Shown: one piece after another, positions 39,164 through 49,067 of the stretch
How positions within the stretch are numbered: position 1 is the first letter of the stretch
How the letters are laid out: each line of letters opens with the position of its first letter
Assembly (NCBI GenBank): GCA_046263195.1
Contig: JBHELG010000050.1
Coordinates: 1-60,476 of the forward strand
Origin: Nitriliruptorales bacterium
Lineage (GTDB): Bacteria; Actinomycetota; Nitriliruptoria; Nitriliruptorales; JAHWKO01
Direction: 5' to 3'
Length of the DNA stretch: 60,476 bases
The notes under the pieces: model-generated
Seen by the model: only the letters and a program-made list of their open reading frames with translations
What the model was told of the DNA's origin: nothing
Databases searched by the model: none
Made by a program: the position numbers and the translations under genes

Positions 39164-40300
39164 TCACTCTCCCGCTGCGAGCAGTGTCGTCGCGAATTGC
39201 CAGGCGACCCGCAGGTCGCGAGTAGCCTGACGGATCTGCCGGGGCGAGGGTCGGAAGTCGACGTGTCTGAAGAGCCGCACCACACCGCCGTGCGCATGCG
39301 GGAAGGCTTTGACGAGCCGTCGCAGCTCCGCATAAGGGATGATCGGATCGTTTTCCGCGTGTAGGAGGACGACAGGGGCCCTCACCCTCCCCGCCACGCA
39401 CACCGGCGACAGGCGAGTGATGAGATCCGACAGGGGAGGAGGAAGGGCGGAGAGAAGCGTGCTGGTGGCTGCCGGGTCCCGATTCGTCACCAGCTCGTGA
39501 ATGCTGCGAGCCGATGGCGGCAGCGACGGCGTCTCCATCTCCCCCCGCAGGGCGGCGACAACAGCTTCCACCGTCTCGGCTCCGAGGAGGCGGCCCTGCT
39601 GGATGATGAGATCGATGACAGCTTCCCTCGCAGTGACGGGCGGGTCGGGCCGCCACTCGTAGCGCTGCCCGTCGAGCAGCGTCACACCGGTTGTCGCAGC
39701 CTGGATGATCCCGCCCAGGTCGCCGTAGCCGCCGAAGCTCGCCACGAGCCGCAGCCGCTCTCCGACTCGTGGGTCGGCGGCCGCGAGAAGGGCGTAGGAG
39801 GCGCCGAACGAGAAGCCGAGCATGGCCACGCTCCCACGCACGCGCGGGTGGGCGTGGAGTGCCCGCGTGGCGGTGACGAGCCGCTCGATGTCAGCCTCGT
39901 CAAGTTCGTGCCGAGCAAGAGCGAGTTGCGGTGCGAACACGACGCGTCCGGTGCGCGCAATCGCTGTCGCGAGCCGCACGAGCCTCGGGTCCGCGGTCCC
40001 CTGCGGCGTGACACCCGCAGCCAGCAGGACTGCGGGGGCAGGCCGGGGCACGAGCCACAGACGGCCGGGCGCGGCCGGTAGATCCTCACCTGCCGGTGGG
40101 CGCAGCAGGACGTCTCGCCAGCCCGTGGCACAGTCCCCGGGTAGCGGCCGGTTCAGAAGCCAACGGAGAAGCAGGCGTGCCGCCTGAACACGCGTCGGAA
40201 AACCAGGTTCGACGAAGACGGGCAGACGCCCGCCTGGTTGCTCCGAGGCCGTCAGCCGACTTTCAGGCGGTGACGCACCAGGCGGCGGTGGACGCGGCAC
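39164..40300 (-). CDS. Alpha/beta hydrolase-fold protein; true start probably downstream of 40300
   Basis: GFSFG nucleophile elbow, LHAEND, FRHVD. Confidence 0.75.
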   Translation of the reverse strand: MPRPPPPGASPPESRLTASEQPGGRLPVFVEPGFPTRVQAARLLLRWLLNRPLPGDCATGWRDVLLRPPAGEDLPAAPGRLWLVPRPAPAVLLAAGVTPQGTADPRLVRLATAIARTGRVVFAPQLALARHELDEADIERLVTATRALHAHPRVRGSVAMLGFSFGASYALLAAADPRVGERLRLVASFGGYGDLGGIIQAATTGVTLLDGQRYEWRPDPPVTAREAVIDLIIQQGRLLGAETVEAVVAALRGEMETPSLPPSARSIHELVTNRDPAATSTLLSALPPPLSDLITRLSPVCVAGRVRAPVVLLHAENDPIIPYAELRRLVKAFPHAHGGVVRLFRHVDFRPSPRQIRQATRDLRVAWQFATTLLAAGE

Positions 40301-42003
40301 ACCTTCTCCTCACAGGTCGCTGCAACGACCTCGACCGTCAGAGTGCCGCTTCCGGGCTCGCCTGCGATGACCTCGGCGGTGCCCACCGCCTCGTGGAAGC
40401 CCCAGTTGGCAGGTCCCGCGAGGAGACTTGCAGGCTCACTGTCGAGCATGACCCGCACCGGCGGCCCCGACGACGGGTCGAGTGGCTCGCCTGCGACATC
40501 AACGAAGAACGGCACCGAGAACCGTGTCCCGGGCGGCACACGGAAGGGAGGACCTTCCTCCACATCGGATGGGGGGCCGGGGTCGTCTACAGAGCCCGAA
40601 AAATGCCTGGCATCGCTGAGACCACGAACGGGGATGGCTGCAAATGTCCCCGTGCGCGGATCGATGCTCACGATCCGATGGTTGTTCGTGTCGGCCACCA
40701 AGAGCCGGCCGTCGGGCAGGACGTCAAGGCCTCCGGGTTCGTTGAGCCCGGGTATGGCGAGAGTGTGGAGCTCACCGTCGCGCCAGACCCGCAGTCGTGA
40801 GTTGAACGTGTCTGCCACGTAGACAACGAAGTCGCGCCCGGCCGGCCCAGACGGAGGCGGAGTCGCGACTCCCAGCGGGTGTTGCAGCCGGGCCACCTCC
40901 GGCGGGCCGTCGGAGGCTCCCCATTCGAACAGGCCAACACCGACGAGTGTCGCCACCGCCCCATCATCGCTCAGGACTCGCAGTGCGCTCGACTCCGCGT
41001 CGACGAACACTGCCCCGTCGTCGAGCCCCGCCAGCCCGGAGGGTTGGGCGAGGTGGGCGTCCGCACCCGGACCGTCGCGCAAACCCTCTGCCGTTCCACC
41101 CGCGACCGGGACCGCGTCCGACCCGTCCCTTGTGCAGCGCCACAGGCGATGTCGTCCCGCCTCGGCGATGAGGTAGGTCCCGCCCTTCTCGACCAGCACG
41201 TCCCAAGGCGATGCGAGGCCGTCGAGGACAACCTCACGCGCCCCGCTGGAGAGCTCGACGCGTATGAGTCGGTCCGCGCCCGTCTCGCAGATGAGCAGGA
41301 AGTCTTCCGGTTGCCGGCTGGCACTGGTGGTCCAGTCGAAGCGCACCCCCTGGGGTTCGAGCAGGCCGTCGAGCACCTGCATCACCAGCCCCAGTCGGTC
41401 GGTGACGAGCACCCGATCATGAGCGGTGTCCGCGATCGCCAGTCGCTCGCCCCCGTCCGAGGCGACTTTGCCCGGGAATGCGAGCGGCCGGTCGAGCGGC
41501 GCGCCCTCTGGCGGGTCCCCCGCGATGACCGCCCCGGGCCGCAGGCTGCCCTGCGCCTCGTGATCACTGATGAGTTGCTCAACGAGACGTTCAATCGCAG
41601 GGCCGAGGCCCTCTCCCGAGCCCATCGCCACCACGTACCCCTCAGGATCGATCACGACCAGGGTCGGCCAGGCGCGGACCCCGTAGCGGTTCCAGGTCTC
41701 CAACTCGGGGTCGTCGAGGACGGGGTGGTTGATGTGGAGCCGTGCGACAGCCTGCCGCACGGCTTCGTGATCATGCTCGTGGGGAAACTTGGGTGAGTGC
41801 ACCCCTATGACGACGAGCTCGTCCGCGAAGCGCCGTTCGATGGGTCGCAGCTCTTCGAGCGCACGCAGGCAGTTGACGCAGCAGAAGGTCCAAAAGTCGA
41901 GGACGACGACCTTGCCGCCTAGGTCCTCCCGGAGGCTCAGTGGTCGGTCCACGCCGATCCAGCCGGCACCGTGAAGCTCGGGGGCCCGGGTGGGGGCAGT
42001 CAC
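40252..42003 (-). CDS. Thioredoxin-like plus NHL-repeat protein (NHLRC2-like)
   Basis: LDFWTFCCVNC, GVHSPKF.HE, YGVRAWPT, LAQPSGL, LQHPLGV, VADTFN, VADTNNHRI. Confidence 0.92.
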   Translation of the reverse strand: MTAPTRAPELHGAGWIGVDRPLSLREDLGGKVVVLDFWTFCCVNCLRALEELRPIERRFADELVVIGVHSPKFPHEHDHEAVRQAVARLHINHPVLDDPELETWNRYGVRAWPTLVVIDPEGYVVAMGSGEGLGPAIERLVEQLISDHEAQGSLRPGAVIAGDPPEGAPLDRPLAFPGKVASDGGERLAIADTAHDRVLVTDRLGLVMQVLDGLLEPQGVRFDWTTSASRQPEDFLLICETGADRLIRVELSSGAREVVLDGLASPWDVLVEKGGTYLIAEAGRHRLWRCTRDGSDAVPVAGGTAEGLRDGPGADAHLAQPSGLAGLDDGAVFVDAESSALRVLSDDGAVATLVGVGLFEWGASDGPPEVARLQHPLGVATPPPSGPAGRDFVVYVADTFNSRLRVWRDGELHTLAIPGLNEPGGLDVLPDGRLLVADTNNHRIVSIDPRTGTFAAIPVRGLSDARHFSGSVDDPGPPSDVEEGPPFRVPPGTRFSVPFFVDVAGEPLDPSSGPPVRVMLDSEPASLLAGPANWGFHEAVGTAEVIAGEPGSGTLTVEVVAATCEEKVCRVHRRLVRHRLKVG

Positions 42004-42446
42004 GGAGAAGTCACCCCCGCGGGACGACCGAGGTCGGTTGCGAGTTCGATGAGGTACCCGTCCGGGTCGCGCACGTAGGCGGTGCGCTGCCCCCAGTGAC
42101 GATCGGTTGGCGGAACCGCTGGTTGCACGCCCCGGGCCACCAGGACTGCGTACACGCTGTCGACATCCGCCACCTTGAAGCCGAGTTCGAATCCAGGGGC
42201 ATGCGGATCAGGGGCTGCGAGCTTCTCTACGCCGAGCGTCTCTGCCATCGCGTCACGCTGGTAGAGGGCGAGGCGGGTGCGGCCCGTGTCCAGCTGGACG
42301 AAGGGGCCGGAACGGTGCTGGAGCTTGAGCCCGAGCAGGTCGACGTAGAAGCCGACGGAACGTTCCAACTCGGCGACGATCACGACCACGTAATCGGGGA
42401 CCTCGAGTTGCAGGTGACGAGTAGGACGAGGCGTCGGGCTGCTCAT
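42000..42446 (-). CDS. VOC/glyoxalase family protein
   Basis: SVGFYVDLLG, ELGFKVADVD, WGQRTAYVRDPDGYLIEL. Confidence 0.9.
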   Translation of the reverse strand: MSSPTPRPTRHLQLEVPDYVVVIVAELERSVGFYVDLLGLKLQHRSGPFVQLDTGRTRLALYQRDAMAETLGVEKLAAPDPHAPGFELGFKVADVDSVYAVLVARGVQPAVPPTDRHWGQRTAYVRDPDGYLIELATDLGRPAGVTSP

Positions 42447-42847
42447 CCCCCGGGAGTCTCGGGCGCCGATCCGGCTGGGACGTCCGCGGCCTGGTCATAT
42501 TCGAAAACACCGAAGACGTTGCCCTCTGGATCACGACAGTACGCCACGTAGCCCACGCTCGGGATGACCGTCTTTTCCTGGACGATCTCACCACCGGCAC
42601 CCTTCACCCGCTGCGCATAGTCGTCGACAGATGGGACGGAGACGATGTTCGTCGTCGTCTCGACAGGGGTGGCCCGCCGTAGGATTGCCCCGTTGATTCC
42701 GGGCTCAGCGTCGGAGCCGGTCGAGACGAGCAGATACTGTGCAGGTCCTTCCCAGTTCGAGGCCGTCCAGCCGAAGACCTCCGCATAGAAGGATGCCGCC
42801 CGCCGCAGATCCTCGGCGGGAAGCTCGAAGTGGACGACCCGGGGCAT
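42443..42847 (-). CDS. VOC/glyoxalase family protein
   Basis: MPRVVHFELPA, FYAEVFGW, GINGA, IPSVGYVAYCRDPEGNVFGV. Confidence 0.9.
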   Translation of the reverse strand: MPRVVHFELPAEDLRRAASFYAEVFGWTASNWEGPAQYLLVSTGSDAEPGINGAILRRATPVETTTNIVSVPSVDDYAQRVKGAGGEIVQEKTVIPSVGYVAYCRDPEGNVFGVFEYDQAADVPAGSAPETPGG

Positions 42848-42984
42848 GACTTCCTCCTCGACCCACTCAACGATGATGCGGTCCAGGCCTCGCCGATACC
42901 GCGACAAACAACGATACTGCCTGGCCGGAGGGAGGACCGGACCATGTCCATGCTCCAGCCGCCCCATCCACGGAGACTCGTGAA

Positions 42985-44121
42985 GTGGTACGCCGTCACC
43001 CTCGCACGACTCCCCAGGACGCGCCGCGGCAGCAGCCAGCGTGGCGGAAGGAAGAACTTCGCTCTCTACCTAAGGTAGAACTCCACGTCCATTTGGAGGG
43101 CACGGTCAGCCCTGAGGTGGCCCGTTCGCTGGCCCGCCGCCATGGTCTCGATCCTGAGGCCGAGCTGCCTCTCGTGGCCGGCCGGTACCCACCGGTCTTC
43201 ACCGACTTCCCGCAGTTCGTTCGGCTCTATCTCGCCGTCAGTCGGCAGATACGAACCCCCGACGAGCTCGCCGGTGTCGCTGCTGATTTCGCCCGCCGGC
43301 AAACGGACGAGGGCGTGCGCTACACCGAGGTCACGTTCACCGCGCTGACGCATGTCCGAAACGGCCTGGAACCTCGGGCCATGTGGGAGGCGCTTCGAGC
43401 AGGGCTCGGCGAGAGTGGTCCCGACTGCGAGATCAGGCTCATCATCGACGCACTCCGCAACCGTGGAGCCGAGGACGCCGAGCGCACGGTGGCCCTGGTT
43501 GCCGACGCCGATGCTCCGGTGGTCGGGCTGGGATTGACCGGTAGGGAGGATCCTGCCAATGAGGGCGCCTTTAGGGTTCTGCGACGCGCCGCCGACCGCC
43601 TCGGCCTGGGCCTGACGGTGCATGCCGGCGAGGCCGGGCCCCCCGCCAGCGTGCGTGCCGCCCTCGACGACTTGGGAGCGGACCGCATCGGGCACGGGAT
43701 CAGTGCCATGCGGGACGCGCAGCTCCTCGCTCGCCTCGCCTCCGAGCAGGTGCCCCTCGAGATCTGTCCGAGCTCCAACGTCCGTCTCAGCCTCGTCCCA
43801 TCGCTGGACGCGCACCCGTTTCCCGAACTCTGGCGAGCCGGAGTGAACGTGACGGTCAACAGCGACGACCCGGCGTTCTTCGCCACCACACTGAGCAACG
43901 AACTGCGCCACGTTGCTCGCCTCGCCGGACTGGAACACTCAGACCTCGCCGAGCTCCAGCGACGAGCGGCCCGGGCCGCCTTCGCCCCCCCGGATGTTCG
44001 CCGTCGCCTGCTTGCCGCCATCGATCACTGGGCTCTCGATGAGCCCGACGGGCGGCACGGTCGTGACCCGACGATCTTCGCGGCAGCGCCGGAGGGTCCT
44101 ACCCAGCGTCCCGAGGAGTAG
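42985..44121 (+). CDS. add: Adenosine/adenine deaminase
   Basis: LPKVELHVHLEG, HAGE, RIGHG, EICPSSN, NSDDP. Confidence 0.92.
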   Translation: MVRRHPRTTPQDAPRQQPAWRKEELRSLPKVELHVHLEGTVSPEVARSLARRHGLDPEAELPLVAGRYPPVFTDFPQFVRLYLAVSRQIRTPDELAGVAADFARRQTDEGVRYTEVTFTALTHVRNGLEPRAMWEALRAGLGESGPDCEIRLIIDALRNRGAEDAERTVALVADADAPVVGLGLTGREDPANEGAFRVLRRAADRLGLGLTVHAGEAGPPASVRAALDDLGADRIGHGISAMRDAQLLARLASEQVPLEICPSSNVRLSLVPSLDAHPFPELWRAGVNVTVNSDDPAFFATTLSNELRHVARLAGLEHSDLAELQRRAARAAFAPPDVRRRLLAAIDHWALDEPDGRHGRDPTIFAAAPEGPTQRPEE

Positions 44122-44135
44122 AGCCCTGGTCGGAT

Positions 44136-45341
44136 TCAGGCTCCGGTCACGGCCGTGGGGACGACTACTCGAAAGGAGGTCCCCACTCCCCGCTCGCTCT
44201 CGACCGTGATCTCGGCGCCGATGACGTTGCCGAGGCGACGGACTATCGCCAGTCCCAGCCCGAACCCGTCGGAATCCTCGCTCTTCGCGTACGCCTGCTG
44301 GAAACGGTCGACCTCTTTCGGGGACATACCTCGCCCGGTATCGCGGACCACGATCACCGCGCCCCCCTCGACCTCGTGTGCGGTGATCGAGATCACACCC
44401 TTGGAGGTGTACTTGGCCGCATTGACCGTCAGGTTGAGCAGGAGGCGCCGCAAGGCGTGGGCCTGGCCGACAAGCAACCCACCTCCCCCGAAGGTGATGT
44501 CGACCTCATCGTGGGTGAGCAGGTGATGGGTCTCGGCCGCCACCTCAGCCACGAGCCCGCCGAGATCGATCTGCCGAGGCTTCTCGACAAGCTCCCCGTT
44601 CGCTCGAGCCTCGGCGTCGAGCAGCCCGTCGATCATGGCCGACAGACGCTTCGCGTTAGCGACAATCGCCTGAGACGCTCCCCGCGACTGTTCCGCTTCA
44701 CCCGCGTGACGCTGAGCCAGACCAGCGAGACCGGCGATGACAGCGAGAGGAGTGCGAAGATCGTGGGCGAACTCGGCCACGATATGCCGGCCCCGTGAGC
44801 GATGCTCCTCTCGAGCCCTCGAAGGCACGAGGTGATCGCCACTCGCGAGCTCTTCGTAGGCCGGTGCGAGCAGCTGGGCAAGCGTGGTGAGCAGCCCGTG
44901 CTGAGCGCTGCTCAGGAAGACCCGTTCCCGGTCCATGACTGCGATGGCCCCCACGAGGCTGCCATTGGCGAGTCGTACCGGTACCGCGATGACCGTTCGC
45001 AGCGACGCCCGCCACGCTTCGACCGCGACCACCTCGCCCTTGACAGCCCCTCCCGGACGATCCAACTGCGGGCCGTTGTCGGCACCGAGCGCGCGCTCCA
45101 GGATCACGCCCCAATCGACGTCGGCCTCCCTCTCGAGCACCCCGACGTCGGCACCGTCGATTGCGGCTATGACCTCCCAGCCATGCTCGGTCCTCCGGGT
45201 GACGACCACGGTGCGCGTATCCAGAAACGCGTGGATCGTCTCGACGACCGATGTCGCGACGTCCCCGACGCGCCGTTGGGGTCTCGCCGGGTCTGAACGA
45301 AGCAGCGAGACGTGAGGCTCGGCGGCGTTGGACGTCGGCAT
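44136..45341 (-). CDS. Cytoplasmic GAF-domain sensor histidine kinase
   Basis: GAF-like IAVPVRL...VGAIAVMD; H box FAHDLRTPL; NAAKY, DTGRG, GFGLGL. Confidence 0.88.
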   Translation of the reverse strand: MPTSNAAEPHVSLLRSDPARPQRRVGDVATSVVETIHAFLDTRTVVVTRRTEHGWEVIAAIDGADVGVLEREADVDWGVILERALGADNGPQLDRPGGAVKGEVVAVEAWRASLRTVIAVPVRLANGSLVGAIAVMDRERVFLSSAQHGLLTTLAQLLAPAYEELASGDHLVPSRAREEHRSRGRHIVAEFAHDLRTPLAVIAGLAGLAQRHAGEAEQSRGASQAIVANAKRLSAMIDGLLDAEARANGELVEKPRQIDLGGLVAEVAAETHHLLTHDEVDITFGGGGLLVGQAHALRRLLLNLTVNAAKYTSKGVISITAHEVEGGAVIVVRDTGRGMSPKEVDRFQQAYAKSEDSDGFGLGLAIVRRLGNVIGAEITVESERGVGTSFRVVVPTAVTGA

Positions 45342-45483
45342 CTCCGAACCTGACGTGGTCTGGCCCCGACTGTTGCTGGTCGTTCCATACCGTACAACTT
45401 CAGGCCGTCACGAATACACTACACTCTGATAGTCGTCTGAGGACGTGCGAGGAGCGAACGTCAGGCACGCGCGATCGCGCTCG

Positions 45484-45798
45484 TTAACCTCCCGTCCCGG
45501 ACTCGAGCACGACCTCGAAGCTGAGCAGCCTGGAATGCGTCGCGGCGGGACCGTGCTCGGAGGTCTGGGCATGCCCACGTTGGAACTCCGGACTCCGGAC
45601 CCAGCGCTGGAAGTCCTCCTCGCTCCGCCAGCGCGTGACGACGAAGTAGTGACCACCTTCGTCGGTGGGACGGAGCAGCGAGAAGCCTTCGAACCCGGGC
45701 AGCGTCTCGACCTCGCCGGCGCGGTTTGCGAAGCGCTCCTCGAGGGCCTTGGCCTGGTGGGATGGAACCTCCAGGGCGTTGATCTTGACGACACTCAT
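45484..45798 (-). CDS. ABM-family monooxygenase (MhuD/HmoA-like heme-degrading)
   Basis: MSVVKINAL, LEERFANR, PGFEGFSLLRP, YFVVTRW.SEEDF..W, GH. Confidence 0.85.
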   Translation of the reverse strand: MSVVKINALEVPSHQAKALEERFANRAGEVETLPGFEGFSLLRPTDEGGHYFVVTRWRSEEDFQRWVRSPEFQRGHAQTSEHGPAATHSRLLSFEVVLESGTGG

Positions 45799-45979
45799 GC
45801 AGCCCTCTCCGATCCCACCTACCGCTACGAAGAACGTACCGTTGGCGGTCTTGGAAAACCCAAAGACCGCCCCTCCCACCCTGATGCTATGCGGTCGCGC
45901 GGCACCTGATGGGACGTGAGCGGTCGGGCCGCCACACAGCGCCTAGAGGATGGGGTGGGCTGGAAGTCATCGGTGCCGG

Positions 45980-46806
45980 TCAGCGGTAATCCGGGAGCAC
46001 TTCCGTGATGAAATTCTCCAGGCGTTCGCGACCCTCGCTCGGCCAACTTACGACGAGATAAGACAATCCGGCATCGTCGAGAGCCTCGATCGTTCGGCGG
46101 ATCTCCCCGAACGGCTGTGACAGCGACAGGTTCGTCGCTCGCCGGATCTCCCCCGGATCGCGGCCGAGCCTCTCGGCGTGCTCGTCGACGAGTCGACCTT
46201 TTCGCCGCAACTCATCGACCGGACCGAAGGTGTGCCACACGTCAGCAAGCCGTGCTACGAGTGGCAGTGCGAGCTGCTCTCCCCCGGCCCCGATCCAGAT
46301 CGGTGGGTGGGGGCTTTGGACAGGCCTGGGGCGGTAGGTAGCACCACGCAGGTGGTAGTGATGGCCCTCGAAGTGCACATCGTCTTCGGTGAGCAGGCGA
46401 CGAATGACCTCGGTGGCCTCCTCGAGACGTCGCACCCGCTCCGGGGCGTCGGGGAAAGGGATGCCGAGCTGCCGGTGCTCCTCGGCGAACCATGCCGCCC
46501 CAAGGCCGAGCTCGAGACGGCCACGTGAGATGTGGTCAACGGTGACGACCTCAGCTGCCAGAACCGCGGGTGGACGGTAGGTCACCCCGGTGAGAGCACG
46601 CCGAGCCTGATGTGCTCCGTCTCGGCCGCCAGTGCGGCGAGCAGAGTCCAGGCCTCGAGACAAGGTCCCCGGGGATCGCCGTAAAGGGGCTTGAAGTGGT
46701 CGAACAGCCAGGCGCTCGCAAACCCGGTGCCCTCGGCGAGGCGCACCCGCTCGATGAGTTCCGGCCAGGTGAGCTGGTGCTGAGCGACGTCGAGTCCGAA
46801 GTCCAC
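45980..46806 (-). pseudogene. LLM-class (F420-type) oxidoreductase with a single-base frameshift
   Basis: MDFGLD...WLFDHF...EAWTLLAALA..TEHIRLGVL / TGVTYRPPAVLA...GRLELGLGA.W...PPIWIG. One G missing between 46593 and 46594 would restore LVTGVTYR. Confidence 0.8.
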
Positions 46807-46817
46807 GTCTTTCCTCC

Positions 46818-46981
46818 GTCGTAGTAACGGTCTCGGGCCTGCCAGTCTGTCACCGAGGCGCGAAGGCCTGATGTTTTTGGGGGAGAGGTCGTAGTAACGG
46901 TCTCGGGCCTGCCAGTCTGTCACCGAGGCGCGAAGGCCTAGTTTTTTGGGGGAGAGGTCGTAGTAACGGTCTCGGGCCTGC
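46818..46981. repeat. ~70-bp tandem repeat, 2.3 copies
   Basis: Units start at 46818, 46888 and 46957 with GTCGTAGTAACGGTCTCGGGCCTGC; units 1 and 2 are nearly identical over their full length. Confidence 0.92.
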
Positions 46982-46995
46982 ATAGACTTCCTCGG

Positions 46996-47418
46996 GTGCC
47001 GAAGAAACCCGCCATTCCTGAAGGCGAGGCCCGCCGGGTGGCATGGGCGCGCCTGCAGGGCGCTGATCGTCGGCGCATCGTTCGAGCGGTGAACCGTGCG
47101 CAGCCCCTCAGGGACCCTCACGAGGCGGCGCTCGCGGTCGGTGTCGCTCAGAAGCAACAGCGCTTCTGGCGCAAGGGATGGATCGTGGGCCCGCTCGTCG
47201 CCGGCGTCCTCTTCGCCAACCGCGGCTGGTGGGCGCTCGTTTTGAACCTCGCCATGGCTACCCTGCTCTTCGGGCTCATGGCGTACCTCTTCTATCGTCG
47301 GGCGCAGCGGGCTGAGGCCGCCAACCGTGCCGTGGTGCAGGCGGCGCGCATCGAGCACCTTCCGTCGCATCGAACAACGGGGACCGACAAGAAGCGGCGG
47401 AAGCGCAGGCGCCGCTGA
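46996..47418 (+). CDS. Hypothetical membrane protein
   Basis: Two TM segments and a basic C-terminal tail. Confidence 0.65.
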   Translation: MPKKPAIPEGEARRVAWARLQGADRRRIVRAVNRAQPLRDPHEAALAVGVAQKQQRFWRKGWIVGPLVAGVLFANRGWWALVLNLAMATLLFGLMAYLFYRRAQRAEAANRAVVQAARIEHLPSHRTTGTDKKRRKRRRR

Positions 47419-47529
47419 CCCGTCAGGGTCGCGCCTTCGACGTGGCAGGAACCCCTGCCACTGGTGCCTAAACCTTGCCGGGGTCCGATGTAGGCGCGTG
47501 GCTATCCTCGACTCGTGGAAAGGGCGTCC

Positions 47530-49062
47530 ATGTCTCGGCTTCGGCACGGCGTGACCTTGCGCGTGTCGCTCGACAACCTGCCGGGGATGCTCGGGCGGGT
47601 CACGAAGGTCATCGAGGAGCTCGGGGCGGAAATCAGCTCCATCGACGCCGTTCGCGCTCATCGCAACCTGGTCGTGCGCGACATCACCGCTCAGGTCCGA
47701 GACGACGTGCACGGGGATGAGCTGGCGGCGGCAATAGACGGGCTCGAGGGGGTCGCGCTCCTGTCGCTGATCGACGAGGTCGTGCGCGCCCATCTCGGCG
47801 GGAAGATCACCGTGTCGAACAGGCGGGAGGTGCGCGACGCCGCCGACCTCGCCCTCGTCTACACGCCAGGGGTGGGGCGCATCTCGCAGATGATCGCCGA
47901 GGATCCCACGGAGGCCTACCGGCTCACGATCAAGTCCAACAGCGTGGCAGTCGTCACCGATGGGACCGCGGTGCTCGGCCTCGGCGACGTCGGACCCCTC
48001 GCCGCCCTGCCCGTGATGGAGGGCAAGGCCATGCTGTTCAAGGAGTTCGCCGGGGTCGACGCGTACCCGATCCTCATCGACGAGCGCGACCCCGACGAGT
48101 TCGTCGAGACCTTGGCTCGGATGTCCGCCGGTTTCGGAGGCATCAACCTGGAGGACATAGCCGCCCCGCGCTGCTTCGAGATAGAGGGGAAGCTGCGGCA
48201 GCGGCTCGAAATACCGGTCTTCCATGACGACCAGCATGGCACCGCCGTGGTCGTCCTCGCCGCCCTCATGGGCGCGGTGAAGGTCGTGGACAAGGCGATA
48301 CCTGAGCTGCGTATCGTCCTTCAAGGCGCCGGTGCCGCCGGTGTGGCAGTGTCCAATCTCCTCCTGGCAGCGGGCGTGGTCGACCTCATCGCGGTCGACC
48401 GGCGCGGCGTCCTCAATATGAAGCGCCGAGGAAACGACCCCATCAAGCGACGGCTCGCGAAACAGACCAATCCACACGGAGTCGAAGGAGGACTCGCCGA
48501 GGCGATCGAGGGGGCCGACGTCTTCATCGGCTTGTCCGGCCCTCACTCGCTCCCACTCGAGCTCGTGAAGACGATGGCGACGGACCCGATCGTCTTCGCG
48601 CTCGCCAACCCGGTGCCCGAGATCATGCCCGAGGAGACTGCCGGCCACGTGAGGGTCATGGCGACGGGACGGTCCGACTTCCCCAACCAGATCAACAACG
48701 TGCTGTGCTTCCCCGGACTGTTCCGGGGACTGCTGGACGCGGCGGCCACCGCCGTGACCGATGAGATGAAGATCGCGGCCGCCCGGGCGATCGCCGAGGT
48801 CGTCGGAGAGGACGTCACCGAGGATTACATCATCCCCTCGCCCTTCGATCGTTCTGTGGCGACGGCCGTCGCAGAGGCCGTCGCACGCACTGCTCGCGAC
48901 CAAGGCTGCGTGCGTCCGGGCTCCTCCGGTTCGTTGCAGGAAGAACTGGAAGCACAGGCCCGGGAGGCGGCACGTCGCGCTGTCACTCGGGCAGCGGGGC
49001 GGCTGACGCGGGCGTCACCGCCGGCTCGCGACGAACCGGCGCCCGAGGGCGGACCCGAGTAA
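47530..49062 (+). CDS. NAD(P)-dependent malic enzyme with N-terminal ACT domain
   Basis: DNLPGMLG ACT; YTPGV, VTDGTAVLGLGD, MEGKA.LFK, INLEDI, FHDDQHGTA, GAGAAG, ATGRSDFPNQINN. Confidence 0.95.
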   Translation: MSRLRHGVTLRVSLDNLPGMLGRVTKVIEELGAEISSIDAVRAHRNLVVRDITAQVRDDVHGDELAAAIDGLEGVALLSLIDEVVRAHLGGKITVSNRREVRDAADLALVYTPGVGRISQMIAEDPTEAYRLTIKSNSVAVVTDGTAVLGLGDVGPLAALPVMEGKAMLFKEFAGVDAYPILIDERDPDEFVETLARMSAGFGGINLEDIAAPRCFEIEGKLRQRLEIPVFHDDQHGTAVVVLAALMGAVKVVDKAIPELRIVLQGAGAAGVAVSNLLLAAGVVDLIAVDRRGVLNMKRRGNDPIKRRLAKQTNPHGVEGGLAEAIEGADVFIGLSGPHSLPLELVKTMATDPIVFALANPVPEIMPEETAGHVRVMATGRSDFPNQINNVLCFPGLFRGLLDAAATAVTDEMKIAAARAIAEVVGEDVTEDYIIPSPFDRSVATAVAEAVARTARDQGCVRPGSSGSLQEELEAQAREAARRAVTRAAGRLTRASPPARDEPAPEGGPE

Positions 49063-49067
49063 GAACC

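Noticed and set aside
46818-46981. CRISPR array
   Set aside because: The intervening sequences are near-identical rather than unique spacers, there are only 2.3 units, and no cas genes are in the window.
46582-48903. 773-aa minus-strand ORF
   Set aside because: Antisense shadow of the high-GC malic enzyme gene running through the repeat; only its last 75 codons are the real LLM N-terminus.
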